64,000 nt of DNA from Clostridium sp. CAG:568 (GCA_000434395.1 FR878803.1:13172-77171); one strand, 5' to 3'. Positions 29,857 through 40,523 are shown, numbered from the stretch's first letter. Program-made: numbers and translations. Notes: a model not told the origin generated them from the sequence alone.

Positions 29857-32010
29857 TCAATCTTTTTGCTGATAACAAATATTAAATGATATAGCAGGAA
29901 CTATAAGAAGCTGTGAATAAAAATCACATCCTGAAGGAATTTTACCTTTCCCATTGAAGATTATCTTTACATATTTACTGAAATTATATGAGAAAGTTTC
30001 CTTGGATGGGTTGATGATGATGTGATAAGCCTCACCATCATCAAAATTATAAGTAACCTTCAAAGCACCATGTCCGATATTTTCAAAGCATATATGCTTG
30101 ACGATATCTTCACGTTCTAAGAAGCTAATAGGAAGTTGCTTTTTCAATTCCAGGGCTTCTCTTAAGAACTTAATCATGTCACGATTTTGACTTGCTAAAT
30201 CATAGTTGAAGCCGTTCAATTCATCTCCTGCATTATATGTATTGCCATATCCTCTTTTAGTTCCACCAAATTCTTGTCCCATATGGAAGAATGGAATTCC
30301 TTGAGCGAATACAGTACATGCGTTTATCAAATTAATGCGTTTCTTTTTCTCATCTGGCAATTCATTTTTGCAGACATATTCAATCTTGTCGAACAAAGTT
30401 TCATTGTCGTGACATTCGACAAAGTTAATAGATTGAGAAGTCTTTACAAACATCGGTCTTCTACCCATATCCATAACACTTCCAGCAAACGCGTATTTAA
30501 AATCCTCAATCTTTCCTAAATCTCCATCCAAATATCCACAAGAGCCAATGGAATCACCCATTCCTCCTTTTGAAGCTTCTCTAAAGAATCCGTTGAAGAA
30601 TCCAATGTCAGGTAATAATAATCCGTTACCGTCACAAGTCTTTTCTTGATAAGGCAATGCTGTAGGCATATCCCATCCTTCTCCATAAAAAACTAAATCA
30701 GGATAGTCTTTCTTCAAACTCTCATAAGCTTCTTTCACCGTTGTCGAGTCGATGATTCCCATCAAATCGAATCTGAAGCCATCAGCCCCGAAAAATTCAA
30801 TTGCATGACGTAAAGAATCTTTGATAAGTCTTCTACACATATAATGTCTAGATTCCAAATCATTTCCACAGAAGCTTCCATTAGATAAAGAACCATCTTT
30901 ATTCTTTCTAAAATAATATCCAGGAGCAAGAATATCTAAAGAGTTTGTATTTTTGTTGAATACGTGGTTATAGACTACATCAAATACAGCTCTCAATCCA
31001 TTCTTATGGAATCCAGCAATCATATCTCTCAATTCGAACAGTCTCTTATAAGGATCATTAGGTTCTGTTGAATACGATCCTTCAGGAGTGAAGTAATTAA
31101 CTGGATCATAACCCCAGTTATAAGTCTTGAAAGGATCATCGTCGTCGATAGTTTGGAAATCCAAAACAGGTAACAATTGAATATGAGTTACACCCAATGA
31201 TTTCAAATAATCCAATCCAATTGGGAATCCGTCTTCAGTCTTTAAACCTTCTTTAGTCAAAGCTAGATAAGTTCCTTTATTTTGGATATCAGTCAATGAA
31301 GTCATATCTCTGACATCTACTTCATAAACTGACATCTTAGTCAAATCCAAAGGACTAAGATTTTCTTTATTCAAAGGACGGGATAATACTTTTTCTGGAT
31401 TGATGACAAAAGAATAACGGGAATTGGATGACAACCCAAAGGAATAAGGGTCAGTAGAAGTAAAGAACTTACCTCCATTGCAACCTGCATATAAATAACT
31501 AGCACCATCCAAGTCACCTTTGATGGTGACTTTATAAACACCACATTCCATTCTTTCCATCGGAACAGATAAGACTGAATCTTGACCTACGGGTTTATAA
31601 TGAACGAACATGGTAGTAGCAAAAGGAGCAAAAACATAGAAGGATGTCTCTTCTTTTGAATATACAGCACCTAAAGGACCATCATATCTGTATTTCTTAT
31701 CAAAGTCATCATAATCACCCAATACTGAAATATCTAATTTAATGACATTGTTCAATATATCAAGAATACTATAATCGCTATCGACATTGAAATCATAATG
31801 AACAGGAAGCATATACATATAGTGATCGCCTTGATCAGCTACAGAGATAGGCTTCAAAGTCAAAACAGGCTTATAGCGATCATAGAGTCTAAGATAAGGA
31901 TCCTTACCATTAGGCCATAATCCTTTTTTTACCCAAAGTTGAATAGCATCTTTTGATATAAGTTTTGCATAGAAATCCATAATAAATATCTCCCTTATAA
32001 AATCAATCAT
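29857..32010 (-). CDS. pulA: type I pullulanase (GH13 alpha-1,6-glucosidase)
   Basis: YNWGYDP pullulanase motif. GH13 regions GFRFDLMG, YGEGWD, VECHDN. Confidence 0.8.
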   Translation of the reverse strand: MIDFIREIFIMDFYAKLISKDAIQLWVKKGLWPNGKDPYLRLYDRYKPVLTLKPISVADQGDHYMYMLPVHYDFNVDSDYSILDILNNVIKLDISVLGDYDDFDKKYRYDGPLGAVYSKEETSFYVFAPFATTMFVHYKPVGQDSVLSVPMERMECGVYKVTIKGDLDGASYLYAGCNGGKFFTSTDPYSFGLSSNSRYSFVINPEKVLSRPLNKENLSPLDLTKMSVYEVDVRDMTSLTDIQNKGTYLALTKEGLKTEDGFPIGLDYLKSLGVTHIQLLPVLDFQTIDDDDPFKTYNWGYDPVNYFTPEGSYSTEPNDPYKRLFELRDMIAGFHKNGLRAVFDVVYNHVFNKNTNSLDILAPGYYFRKNKDGSLSNGSFCGNDLESRHYMCRRLIKDSLRHAIEFFGADGFRFDLMGIIDSTTVKEAYESLKKDYPDLVFYGEGWDMPTALPYQEKTCDGNGLLLPDIGFFNGFFREASKGGMGDSIGSCGYLDGDLGKIEDFKYAFAGSVMDMGRRPMFVKTSQSINFVECHDNETLFDKIEYVCKNELPDEKKKRINLINACTVFAQGIPFFHMGQEFGGTKRGYGNTYNAGDELNGFNYDLASQNRDMIKFLREALELKKQLPISFLEREDIVKHICFENIGHGALKVTYNFDDGEAYHIIINPSKETFSYNFSKYVKIIFNGKGKIPSGCDFYSQLLIVPAISFNICYQQKD

Positions 32011-32335
32011 CGAGTAGAACTATCGCACTAGCAATAAAATCATGAGTCAATGAAACTTGTCCTACTTCAACCCCATCGACATATAGATGTGGTCTTCCAG
32101 TCGTATCATCCAATATCTCAATTCTGCTATATTTTATATCTTTTTTCCCACTAGCTTTAACAAAAGCTTCTTTTGCAGCAAATCTCGAAGCTAAATAATC
32201 ATCTTTTCTATCTTGACTGACAAACTTCTGATAAACTTCGTACTCTTTTTTTGACAAATAAGTTTTTGGAAAGGCAGGATTCAAGTCCTTCATTCTTGAA
32301 ATGAGAACATTGTCAATTCCAACTTTCATCATCAC
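32003..32335 (-). CDS. acpS: holo-[acyl-carrier-protein] synthase
   Basis: 110 aa. VGIDNV, RFAAKEAFVKA, SLTHD, diagnostic of AcpS. Confidence 0.8.
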   Translation of the reverse strand: MMMKVGIDNVLISRMKDLNPAFPKTYLSKKEYEVYQKFVSQDRKDDYLASRFAAKEAFVKASGKKDIKYSRIEILDDTTGRPHLYVDGVEVGQVSLTHDFIASAIVLLDD

Positions 32336-33645
32336 TTCTTGCCTTTCAACAAGACATATGCTCTAGGAAAGCTGCATACTTCCTTTACAAAATTACAGGC
32401 ATCATTCTTTTTGAAGGCTAAAGCTCTGTTGACCAAAGCAGGCCATGCGAAATGATTCAAATATCCATCGATTAAATTAGTCAAATAGTCCTCGCTATCA
32501 CCGACATCTTCGATACTTGACCCTAAGTAAGAAAGCTGCATGGATCTAAATGGTGAAGTCATCGATTTATAAGCCTTAGGCAAATCCAAGAAATGTTTCT
32601 CCAAAGCATTCTTAAGCTTATCAGGTGAATTAGTTTCGAAGAATGCAGTCATATATGTATCTTCTCCAGCTTCTTCTAAATAATGACCATTGTTAAAAAT
32701 AATCAATCCATCATCTCTCATCTTTGCTATCGATTCATGGACTGAGGAGAAAACCATATCTCCAGCCATTTCATAGAAAGCGAATAGATCATCCCCAAAT
32801 TTTTCATATAGTTCTTGTCTACGAGGAAATTTGATTCCCACACCCAAATAAGTCTGACCATCTGGAGAATTGATTTCAGTATATGGCTCAGCAACCTTGT
32901 CATATTTCTCATCGTTTTGATATTTCTTAACAGGTAATTTATTAAATGATGGTAATCCAGCCTTATTCAACAATTTAACAACTTCTTGAGGATCGAAATC
33001 ACCGACAGCAAAGAAAGTTAAATTCTCGACAGAATAGTATTGTTCATAAAACTTCTTTACAGAAGACAAATGAATGGATTGAAGAGATTTCTCTGTTCCA
33101 ATGATTTCTTCTTTCAAAGGAGAAGAGAAATAAAGTGATTTGACCATTTGTCTATCGAAAACATAACTAGGGTCATCACGTCCGGATGCTAATTCACCTA
33201 AAATAATAGGCTTCTCTGCTTCAAGTTTTTCATTTGTTTGATAAAAATACTTGAACATAGAAAACAAAGTGTTCAATGGTTCTTCATAGCCTTGAGATGT
33301 AGCAAAATAGAAGAATGTACAAGATTGAGTCGTATAGGCGTTAGCGAAAGCACCTTGAGTCGAGAACTTCTTCAAAGTATCTCCCTGTGCGGTTTCAAAC
33401 AATCTATGTTCCAAAAGATGTGCGATGCCAGCAGGAATCTTTGTTCCTCCTATTTCTACCTCATCCATGAGACCGCCTTTAGGAATCAATATTCCAAAAT
33501 ATTTAATATTGCTAGCTTTTGAAGGAGCTAAAACATAAGACAATCCATCCTTTGTTTTTCCTTCATATAAAGAAAACTTAAGTCTTCTAAAATAATACTT
33601 ATCCATTTCAGTTCTCCTTAGAAGGATTGATAGTGAAGCTTCCAA
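32332..33645 (-). CDS. M16 (pitrilysin) family zinc peptidase, active subunit
   Basis: Inverted zinc motif GIAHLLEHRLFE (HxxEH). Confidence 0.75.
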   Translation of the reverse strand: MEASLSILLRRTEMDKYYFRRLKFSLYEGKTKDGLSYVLAPSKASNIKYFGILIPKGGLMDEVEIGGTKIPAGIAHLLEHRLFETAQGDTLKKFSTQGAFANAYTTQSCTFFYFATSQGYEEPLNTLFSMFKYFYQTNEKLEAEKPIILGELASGRDDPSYVFDRQMVKSLYFSSPLKEEIIGTEKSLQSIHLSSVKKFYEQYYSVENLTFFAVGDFDPQEVVKLLNKAGLPSFNKLPVKKYQNDEKYDKVAEPYTEINSPDGQTYLGVGIKFPRRQELYEKFGDDLFAFYEMAGDMVFSSVHESIAKMRDDGLIIFNNGHYLEEAGEDTYMTAFFETNSPDKLKNALEKHFLDLPKAYKSMTSPFRSMQLSYLGSSIEDVGDSEDYLTNLIDGYLNHFAWPALVNRALAFKKNDACNFVKEVCSFPRAYVLLKGKK

Positions 33646-34828
33646 CCTTCTTCAATGACTTTATAGCATCTTTGACATCATCCAATGTAATACTGTCATA
33701 TAATTTCATCAATTCATCTGCAGTCGAGGGAGACTGATTCAAAACTGATTTATTCAAAGCTAAAGCATAAGTAGTAGGTTCTCCAAACATATCATCGATA
33801 CTCGTCTTTATAGCTTTCTTTATATCATCAAGTCGCTCTTGAGTTATAGATTCAGCACAAGTGGATAAAAGCTGATCGGTAGTCTTAATAAATTCATTGA
33901 CATTCTTTGCATCGATCACAGAAGATACGATCATCGCCTTATCGCCTTTAGGGAACGATACGTCTACACCATATGTCAGGCCTTTTTCTTCTCTTAATCC
34001 TTGGAACAAAGGAGAATTATCATCAGAGAGAACTTTAGATAATATATTCTTTAGTGCATGTCCTTTGTTGCCTTGCTCAGCCTCTATTTGATAACCGATA
34101 GCGATGCAAGAAGAAGTGATTCCATCTTTAATCAATGACAAATCGCTCACCTTGTCTTCAACAGATATATCGAATTTCCATTCAGGAGCTTTTTCACCGA
34201 TATTAAATAATTTTCCAAACTCTCTTCCCTTTTTCTGAAATCCGACACTTCCTATATATGCGTCAGCTTTTCTAACAGCCTCCAAAGCCTTCTCCAAATC
34301 ATCAAAAGTCAAAGACATAATTCTCGTATTGTCACCACAAGGTGGATATCCGAAAGTAGCTTTTGGAAAGAAATTCTTCCTCAATCCTTCTAGAGCCATA
34401 AAGAAAGGATTAGCTGTCGTATCTCCATTATCTCTAATCATTCTTCCTTTGACCAACATCAGTTTTGCCTCATCATGAGCAAAACCTTTATAAATCAAAT
34501 CCTTGTATGTTTTAAATACTTTACTTTCCAAAGAAGAAAAAGAAGATTCTATAAACTTGTCCAAAGGACATTCCAACAAAATATTGAACAAATATTTATT
34601 TCCATATCTGACAGCACCAAAACTAACTGTCGAAGAATATAAGTTCATCAATCTAAGCTTATATCCTCTCTCATCTTTATATGCGTTAGATGAAACCTTT
34701 AGCATTACCGATAAAGCTAACAGAGCTTCATAAGATGTTTTATCTTTGTCGATGATCAATGAAATACATGCTGAATTTTTTCTAAATTCACCACTAGGTC
34801 TCAATATTAAACCTGAATACTTATTCAT
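33608..34828 (-). CDS. M16 family peptidase-like protein, non-catalytic partner
   Basis: M16 fold length and position (overlaps the active subunit gene by 38 nt) but no HxxEH motif. RBS AAAGGAG upstream. Confidence 0.55.
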   Translation of the reverse strand: MNKYSGLILRPSGEFRKNSACISLIIDKDKTSYEALLALSVMLKVSSNAYKDERGYKLRLMNLYSSTVSFGAVRYGNKYLFNILLECPLDKFIESSFSSLESKVFKTYKDLIYKGFAHDEAKLMLVKGRMIRDNGDTTANPFFMALEGLRKNFFPKATFGYPPCGDNTRIMSLTFDDLEKALEAVRKADAYIGSVGFQKKGREFGKLFNIGEKAPEWKFDISVEDKVSDLSLIKDGITSSCIAIGYQIEAEQGNKGHALKNILSKVLSDDNSPLFQGLREEKGLTYGVDVSFPKGDKAMIVSSVIDAKNVNEFIKTTDQLLSTCAESITQERLDDIKKAIKTSIDDMFGEPTTYALALNKSVLNQSPSTADELMKLYDSITLDDVKDAIKSLKKVGSFTINPSKEN

Positions 34829-34845
34829 AAGTATCTATTACTCCT

Positions 34846-34886
34846 TTCAAAAAAAGCCATACTTGATTATTTTAAATCAGTATGGC
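34846..34886 (-). terminator. intrinsic terminator or attenuator downstream of ftsK
   Basis: Hairpin GCCATACTTGAT...ATCAGTATGGC, followed on the minus strand by a U7 run. Only about 20 nt before the M16 gene RBS, so it probably attenuates rather than fully terminates. Confidence 0.5.
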
Positions 34887-34916
34887 CTTGTTTTTTTATG
34901 TTATACCTCGGTAGTG

Positions 34917-37900
34917 TCAATCATCTTCCAAATCACTAGTGAGAACATGCTTCCCATTACCTAATCTCTTCGTTATGCCTTCTATATCCATGGCATCCAA
35001 ATAATCACTAGCTTTACTATAAGGAATATTCATTTCTCTAGATAAATAAGATGCTGTAGCTCTATGAGTTGATGTTACTGTTTCCTTTGCTTTAGAGTAC
35101 ATGGGATCCGACTTCACTCTATCATAGATGGATTTTTTCCCATCTTCCCCAGAAAGATCTTCGTATACTGGTTCAGCATCTAAAGAAAGAAATTCAGAAT
35201 TGTAAACAGGCTGAGCTCTTTGTTTTAAATAATTGACAACTGCAGACATCTCCTCATCAGATATGAATCCAGATTGACATCTGAGCATTCCTTTGTTATT
35301 AGGAATCTTAGCCAATAAATCACCTTTTCCAACAAGTTGCTCAGCTCCATTTTCATCTAAGATAACACGGCTATCCTGTCCAGAAGATACCATCAAACAG
35401 ACTCTTGCAACAATGTTAGCTTTTATATCACCTGAAATAACTGAGACTGAAGGTCTTTGGGTAGCGATGATCAAGTGAATACCGCAGGCTCTTGCTTTAG
35501 CTCCCAATCTTCCCACATCCTTTGCAACAGCTCCATTACTGGTAGTCATAAGATCAGCAAACTCATCAATTACGACCACAATATAAGGTAATTTTTCAGC
35601 CTTTGGATTCTTTTTACAATAAGCTTGATAGCCCTCATATTTCTGTGCACCAGCTTTTAAGAATAAGCTGAATCTTCTATCCATCTCATCAGTCAATTTG
35701 CTCAATGCCACCACAGCTTTCTCCGGTTCTGTGATTACAGGGCAGTATAGATGCGGCATATCAGCATATCTAGAAAATTCGACCTTTTTAGGATCGATCA
35801 AGACAAATTTAACCTCATTAGGATACGTCCTCATCAAAATCGACATGATGATGCACTGAATAAACACAGACTTACCGCTACCCGTAGTTCCTGCTACCAA
35901 TAAGTGAGGCAATTCATTCAATTGAGTAGTAAGAATTCTACCGAAAGCATCCTTTCCTAATGGCATGAGCAACTTCTTCTCACATTTAGGATCGATAGAC
36001 ATCAAATAATCATATAGCTCCTTGAATGGAACAGTCATAGATACTGGATTTGCTACTTCTATTCCAGAGAAACTCTTTCCGCTTATCAACGGCAAGAATC
36101 TAACCGAGCTATTTCCTTCCAATGTAACCGACAAGTTAGTCATTACGTTCTCAATCGAACTCATTCTAACACCAGGCTCAAGATTGATATGAAAACAAGA
36201 GAAAGCAGCTCCGATATCAAAACCTGTACATGAAGCTTTGATTCCATATTGTTTAAAGAAGTTGCTAATTGTATATCCTCTTTCTACATCCTTTAATTTT
36301 ATTTCTTCTAATATTTTAGAATTATCAAAATCCATCAAGTATTGATCATCTGGCAAGACATACTTTTTATTAGTCGTTATTACTATAGGTTGCTCTACTT
36401 CGGGTTGTTCCTTAATAGGCTCAACTGGTTTTTGATCCTCGTTATTTTCATCAGGCTTTGTATCTTCAGTTTCTATCTTTGGAAGCTCGAAAGTTGTATT
36501 CTGACTGAAGTCAGTTCTTCTATTCTTTGCAGCCAAATCAGCCCTTTGCTGATCTTCAGCTATTTGTTCATCAGTTTGAGTTAAAGAAAAGCCTTCATTT
36601 CTATAAACAACATTTCTTGCTGATTCGACTTTTTGAGCATTATCATTTGTATTATTAAAACTATCATTCGAAGTTTCACCACTTAAGCTATCATCATTTT
36701 GAATGGGATTATTTATTTTAATATCGGTGTCATCATCGACAATAACATTTGAAGAATGATCAAATTGATTAAAATCTATTGGATCATCTTTAGGTAAATC
36801 CAACTCTTCTTTTTCATCTTCTTTAGTAATTTCTTCTGTCTTGTTTAAAACTACATCTTCAGTTTCATAATTCTTAGAATTTAGCGACGTCTCAGCATTA
36901 GTAGAATCATTGTTCTTTTGCGAATTATCTATGGAAGATATATTAGTCATCTTAATATTGTCTACTTTAGAGGAGAATGGATTGCTTGAAAAGAAATCAT
37001 CATCTTCAGAATCATTATCTTGAACAACATTTTGCAAATCGATTTTAGTATCTTTATTAAAATCAGTTCTTTGTTCCTGATTCTCATCATTATTCACTAA
37101 ATCTTTACCAAATCCATTGTCAAAAATAGAGACTTCCGATTCAAAAGAATCATCATCATAATCGTTGAAAAAAGAACTAGAATCCTTATTATTGATTTCA
37201 TCCTTATGTTCACTAATAGGTACTTGTTCGACTACATTATCCACTTTTTTATCAACAACATCATTCTTTTCTACTGCTATGGTTTTATTCAATACTTCAC
37301 CGGAGTTTTCTTTACTGATATTGTTTACAGGAATATCATCATTGCTTTTATAGAATTTATTATCTACAACAGCATCGTTTCTATTTGTACTATCTATTAT
37401 GGTCGTCTGCTGTGATTTTATTTCAATATCACTGTTCTTATTTTTATCTTCAATCAAATCCGAACTTCTTTCAACTACTGGAATTTGAATATTATTTCTA
37501 GCATGCTCTTTTCTAATTCTAGCGATTGTATGTGATAAAGTAATAGCTGGGTAACGGAGCAAAACTAAAATTGACAATCCTAATAAAACTCCAAATAAAA
37601 TTCTAGTACCTAATAACCCCATCCCAATAGAGTTTCCAAGAGAGACAAACAGCGTAGGAATAAAGCCACCACCAACCATTGAAATCCTAGAAGGTATTTC
37701 AACATAGAAACCCGAAGGAGAATTGTTAGCCATCAAGTTGGCATATGTCGAAGTAAAGTCACCAACTTTCATATTGCTGAGGTTATCCATACATGATAGT
37801 AAGACTGACAATGAGAAGAAAGCGACTATCACCATGCTTATGTCGAGCCAATGAATCTTGTGTTTATCCCCATTGATAGGAGCAATCAAAAAATAAATTC

Positions 37901-38111
37901 CAAGACCTACCAATCCCAGACCTAACACAAAGAACATAATTCCAAAGATATAAACTGATACCCACTTTAAGAATCTAGAAAAGACATCACCATTAGTAAA
38001 GCAGAGGATTCCTAATAAAATCATCAAAATGCCAAGGAAAATCCTTGGCAATCTGTTCAGAATATCCCTCCGCTGCTTGTTATCCAAGCTTTGTTTCTTT
38101 TTCATAAGCAT
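34917..38111 (-). CDS. ftsK: DNA translocase FtsK/SpoIIIE
   Basis: N-terminal 4-TM domain, a very long D/N/E-rich linker, a motor domain with Walker A LLVAGTTGSGKS and Walker B VVVIDEFADL, and a C-terminal gamma-like domain. Confidence 0.85.
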   Translation of the reverse strand: MLMKKKQSLDNKQRRDILNRLPRIFLGILMILLGILCFTNGDVFSRFLKWVSVYIFGIMFFVLGLGLVGLGIYFLIAPINGDKHKIHWLDISMVIVAFFSLSVLLSCMDNLSNMKVGDFTSTYANLMANNSPSGFYVEIPSRISMVGGGFIPTLFVSLGNSIGMGLLGTRILFGVLLGLSILVLLRYPAITLSHTIARIRKEHARNNIQIPVVERSSDLIEDKNKNSDIEIKSQQTTIIDSTNRNDAVVDNKFYKSNDDIPVNNISKENSGEVLNKTIAVEKNDVVDKKVDNVVEQVPISEHKDEINNKDSSSFFNDYDDDSFESEVSIFDNGFGKDLVNNDENQEQRTDFNKDTKIDLQNVVQDNDSEDDDFFSSNPFSSKVDNIKMTNISSIDNSQKNNDSTNAETSLNSKNYETEDVVLNKTEEITKEDEKEELDLPKDDPIDFNQFDHSSNVIVDDDTDIKINNPIQNDDSLSGETSNDSFNNTNDNAQKVESARNVVYRNEGFSLTQTDEQIAEDQQRADLAAKNRRTDFSQNTTFELPKIETEDTKPDENNEDQKPVEPIKEQPEVEQPIVITTNKKYVLPDDQYLMDFDNSKILEEIKLKDVERGYTISNFFKQYGIKASCTGFDIGAAFSCFHINLEPGVRMSSIENVMTNLSVTLEGNSSVRFLPLISGKSFSGIEVANPVSMTVPFKELYDYLMSIDPKCEKKLLMPLGKDAFGRILTTQLNELPHLLVAGTTGSGKSVFIQCIIMSILMRTYPNEVKFVLIDPKKVEFSRYADMPHLYCPVITEPEKAVVALSKLTDEMDRRFSLFLKAGAQKYEGYQAYCKKNPKAEKLPYIVVVIDEFADLMTTSNGAVAKDVGRLGAKARACGIHLIIATQRPSVSVISGDIKANIVARVCLMVSSGQDSRVILDENGAEQLVGKGDLLAKIPNNKGMLRCQSGFISDEEMSAVVNYLKQRAQPVYNSEFLSLDAEPVYEDLSGEDGKKSIYDRVKSDPMYSKAKETVTSTHRATASYLSREMNIPYSKASDYLDAMDIEGITKRLGNGKHVLTSDLEDD

Positions 38112-38310
38112 TACCCTCGCAACGGAATCCTATTAATTATAAATATATAGCCCTTCTTTTTAAAGATAATAAGCCGTTTTAGTAGCATTAAAACCTATAT
38201 AGTATCAAATAAAAAACAGGCTTTTTCTAATTATATATGAAGAACAATTATGCATTTAGTAAAAGAAAATAAATTTATTAATAACAATTTATTTCTTTTT
38301 GACTTAAAGA

Positions 38311-38338
38311 ATCAAAAAACCTCAGCCGAAGCTGAGGT
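38311..38338 (-). terminator. rho-independent terminator of rplM-rpsI
   Basis: Stem ACCTCAGC/GCTGAGGT with a CGAA loop, followed on the minus strand by UUUUUUGAUUC. Confidence 0.75.
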
Positions 38339-38375
38339 AATTTGATTCTGTTTGTTTCCAAACAATCCGAATGGA

Positions 38376-38798
38376 TTAACGCTTGGAGAATTGGGGAGCC
38401 TTACGAGCCTTGTGAAGACCGTATTTCTTACGCTCGACAACTCTGGAGTCGACTGTGATAAGTCCGTTAGCCTTCAAGACCTTACGGAAATCAGCATTGA
38501 CAAGAGTCAAAGCACGAGAGATTCCCAAACGAGCTGCATTCTCTTGAGCGGAATATCCACCACCATTGACAGTGATGTTGATATCGAATCTTCCAGTCAT
38601 ACCGGTAAGATCCAAAGGTCTCTTAAGATCGATGAGAAGATACTTGTTAGGGAAGTATTTCTCAGGATCCTCACCATTGATGGTGATCTTTCCAGAACCA
38701 GTCTTAACGAAAGTACGAGCGACTGCAGATTTTCTGCGGCCAGTTGCGTAGTAGACAGGAGCTTGATCCTTATTGGTGATTACTTTCATGGTAGCCAT
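38376..38798 (-). CDS. rpsI: 30S ribosomal protein S9
   Basis: GGGYSAQENAARLGISRAL ... RKKYGLHKARKAPQFSKR. Confidence 0.9.
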   Translation of the reverse strand: MATMKVITNKDQAPVYYATGRRKSAVARTFVKTGSGKITINGEDPEKYFPNKYLLIDLKRPLDLTGMTGRFDINITVNGGGYSAQENAARLGISRALTLVNADFRKVLKANGLITVDSRVVERKKYGLHKARKAPQFSKR

Positions 38799-38800
38799 AA

Positions 38801-39274
38801 TTACTTGTCCTCCTCACGATAGATGTCGCAAAGTTCAACCTTGACAGGTTGTTGAGCCTGTTGTTCATAGTTCTCATCCTTGTAGACGTAGAGCTTCTTG
38901 AACTGAGCTTTGCCCAAAGAAGTGTGAGGAATCATACCTCTAACGGCACGCATAAGCATCTCTTCAGGATATTGTTCGATCATGACCTTAGCTGAACGAG
39001 TACGGAGTCCGCCGTAGCTGGATCTCTTGTTATCGTAATAGTTCTTTGTCTTGAGCTTGTTACCAGAGAGATAAACCTTAGAAGCGTTGATGACGATGAC
39101 ATAGTCACCACAATCAACAGAAGGAGTGTAATCAACCTTCTCCTTACCCATCAAAACGACAGCGATTTCGCTGGCGAGACGTCCGAGGGGCTTCCCTGCG
39201 GCGTCTACCAAGAACCACTTTTTGGAGCCGTTTGCAACCTGCTCCTTTGTAAGTTGTGTAGTCTGCCTTTGCAT
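38801..39274 (-). CDS. rplM: 50S ribosomal protein L13
   Basis: KKWFLVDAAGKPLGRLAS. Canonical rplM-rpsI order. Confidence 0.9.
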   Translation of the reverse strand: MQRQTTQLTKEQVANGSKKWFLVDAAGKPLGRLASEIAVVLMGKEKVDYTPSVDCGDYVIVINASKVYLSGNKLKTKNYYDNKRSSYGGLRTRSAKVMIEQYPEEMLMRAVRGMIPHTSLGKAQFKKLYVYKDENYEQQAQQPVKVELCDIYREEDK

Positions 39275-39448
39275 TTTGCTTTCAATCCTTTTTGTAAATA
39301 TATTTGTTTGGGCCTTGTCTTTGCTTCAATTTACCGGGTTGAAAAGCCGGACAATAGCCAAAAAATAATTATAATCCAATTAAAAGAATAGTCAATGTTT
39401 TTATTTAGTTTTAGTAAAGTTTATTGCTGTTCAGCAATTGAAATCTCA

Positions 39449-40342
39449 TCAATCAATATCATTTCCTTTTCTAATATTGCAGTCGTGACATAAAGTTTGA
39501 AGATTGCCGGGTTCAGTCTTACCTCCTTTTGAGATAGGCTTGATATGATCTATTTCTAATGACTCTTTTTCTGTAGATCCACAATTTACGCAAGTATAAC
39601 CATCTCTTTCAAATATTTCTTGTCTTAATTCATTAGAAACTTTCGCTCTCTCTACTCTTTCAATAGATTTCCACACTTCACTACTATAAAATCGTCTCCC
39701 ATCCTTTACTTTAGAAGAGTCAATACTTTTTAAAACATCTATGATTTCATTTAAATCAAATAATTCTTTTTTCTCATCAACAACTCGATGTATTCGCCCT
39801 CTCGTCAAATAAAGATGAACTTCAGCATAAAAATCAGTATTTACCTTCTCGATCAAATCATTAAAAACTATAGATTCAATATTTCTCAATTTTTCTTCAT
39901 TCAAGTCTTCGATAGAAACGTCAAAATTTCCTAATTTATCCTTTGTTAAATCAACTTTGCTTTTATAATCAATTTCCTTGCTAATGTTATTATTCCTGCT
40001 TTTTATAATCCTTCTAACACTCAAAGTATCCAAATGAAATTGATATATCAAATAATCCTTACAGCTAACATTTTCAAAGTTCACAGTCGAATCATAGCAA
40101 TATTTATATATTAAAGGATAAATAATACTAAATTTATATTTACTATTCAATTCTTTTATCGCTCTTATAGCTAAGCTGTGCTCATTGACAAAATCGACAT
40201 ACTTCCTATTTCGTCTTTTACCAATAATCTTACGTTTTTTATCCTTGTCAGTAGCTTTAATTTTTCTAACAAATAAAATACATGTTAAGGATAATAAAGC
40301 AACAACAAACAAAGAAATAAACACAATTGAGATAACCGGCAT
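39449..40342 (-). CDS. membrane-anchored HNH endonuclease domain protein
   Basis: N-terminal single TM VISIVFISLFVVALLSLTCILFV. C-terminal HNH motif DGYTCVNCGS...LEIDHIKPISKGG...LQTLCHDCNIRKGN. Confidence 0.6.
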   Translation of the reverse strand: MPVISIVFISLFVVALLSLTCILFVRKIKATDKDKKRKIIGKRRNRKYVDFVNEHSLAIRAIKELNSKYKFSIIYPLIYKYCYDSTVNFENVSCKDYLIYQFHLDTLSVRRIIKSRNNNISKEIDYKSKVDLTKDKLGNFDVSIEDLNEEKLRNIESIVFNDLIEKVNTDFYAEVHLYLTRGRIHRVVDEKKELFDLNEIIDVLKSIDSSKVKDGRRFYSSEVWKSIERVERAKVSNELRQEIFERDGYTCVNCGSTEKESLEIDHIKPISKGGKTEPGNLQTLCHDCNIRKGNDID

Positions 40343-40523
40343 TTAAAGCTTAATGATCCTTTCTTTAAAAATATATTACACTTCTTTATTTATTAAAGAG
40401 AATAAAATAATTCATTCGATCAAAAATAATCTGAGTATTGCAAATTTATGAACAATCATATCTCCAATACAAACCTAGTCAACTTCCTTCATTGTTTTAA
40501 GCTTTATTTTATCAATCCTATTG

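Noticed and set aside
39275-39448. Structured ribosomal-protein L13 leader upstream of rplM
   Set aside because: A CCGG...CCGG hairpin is present, but I cannot match it to the known L13 leader consensus without a covariance model.
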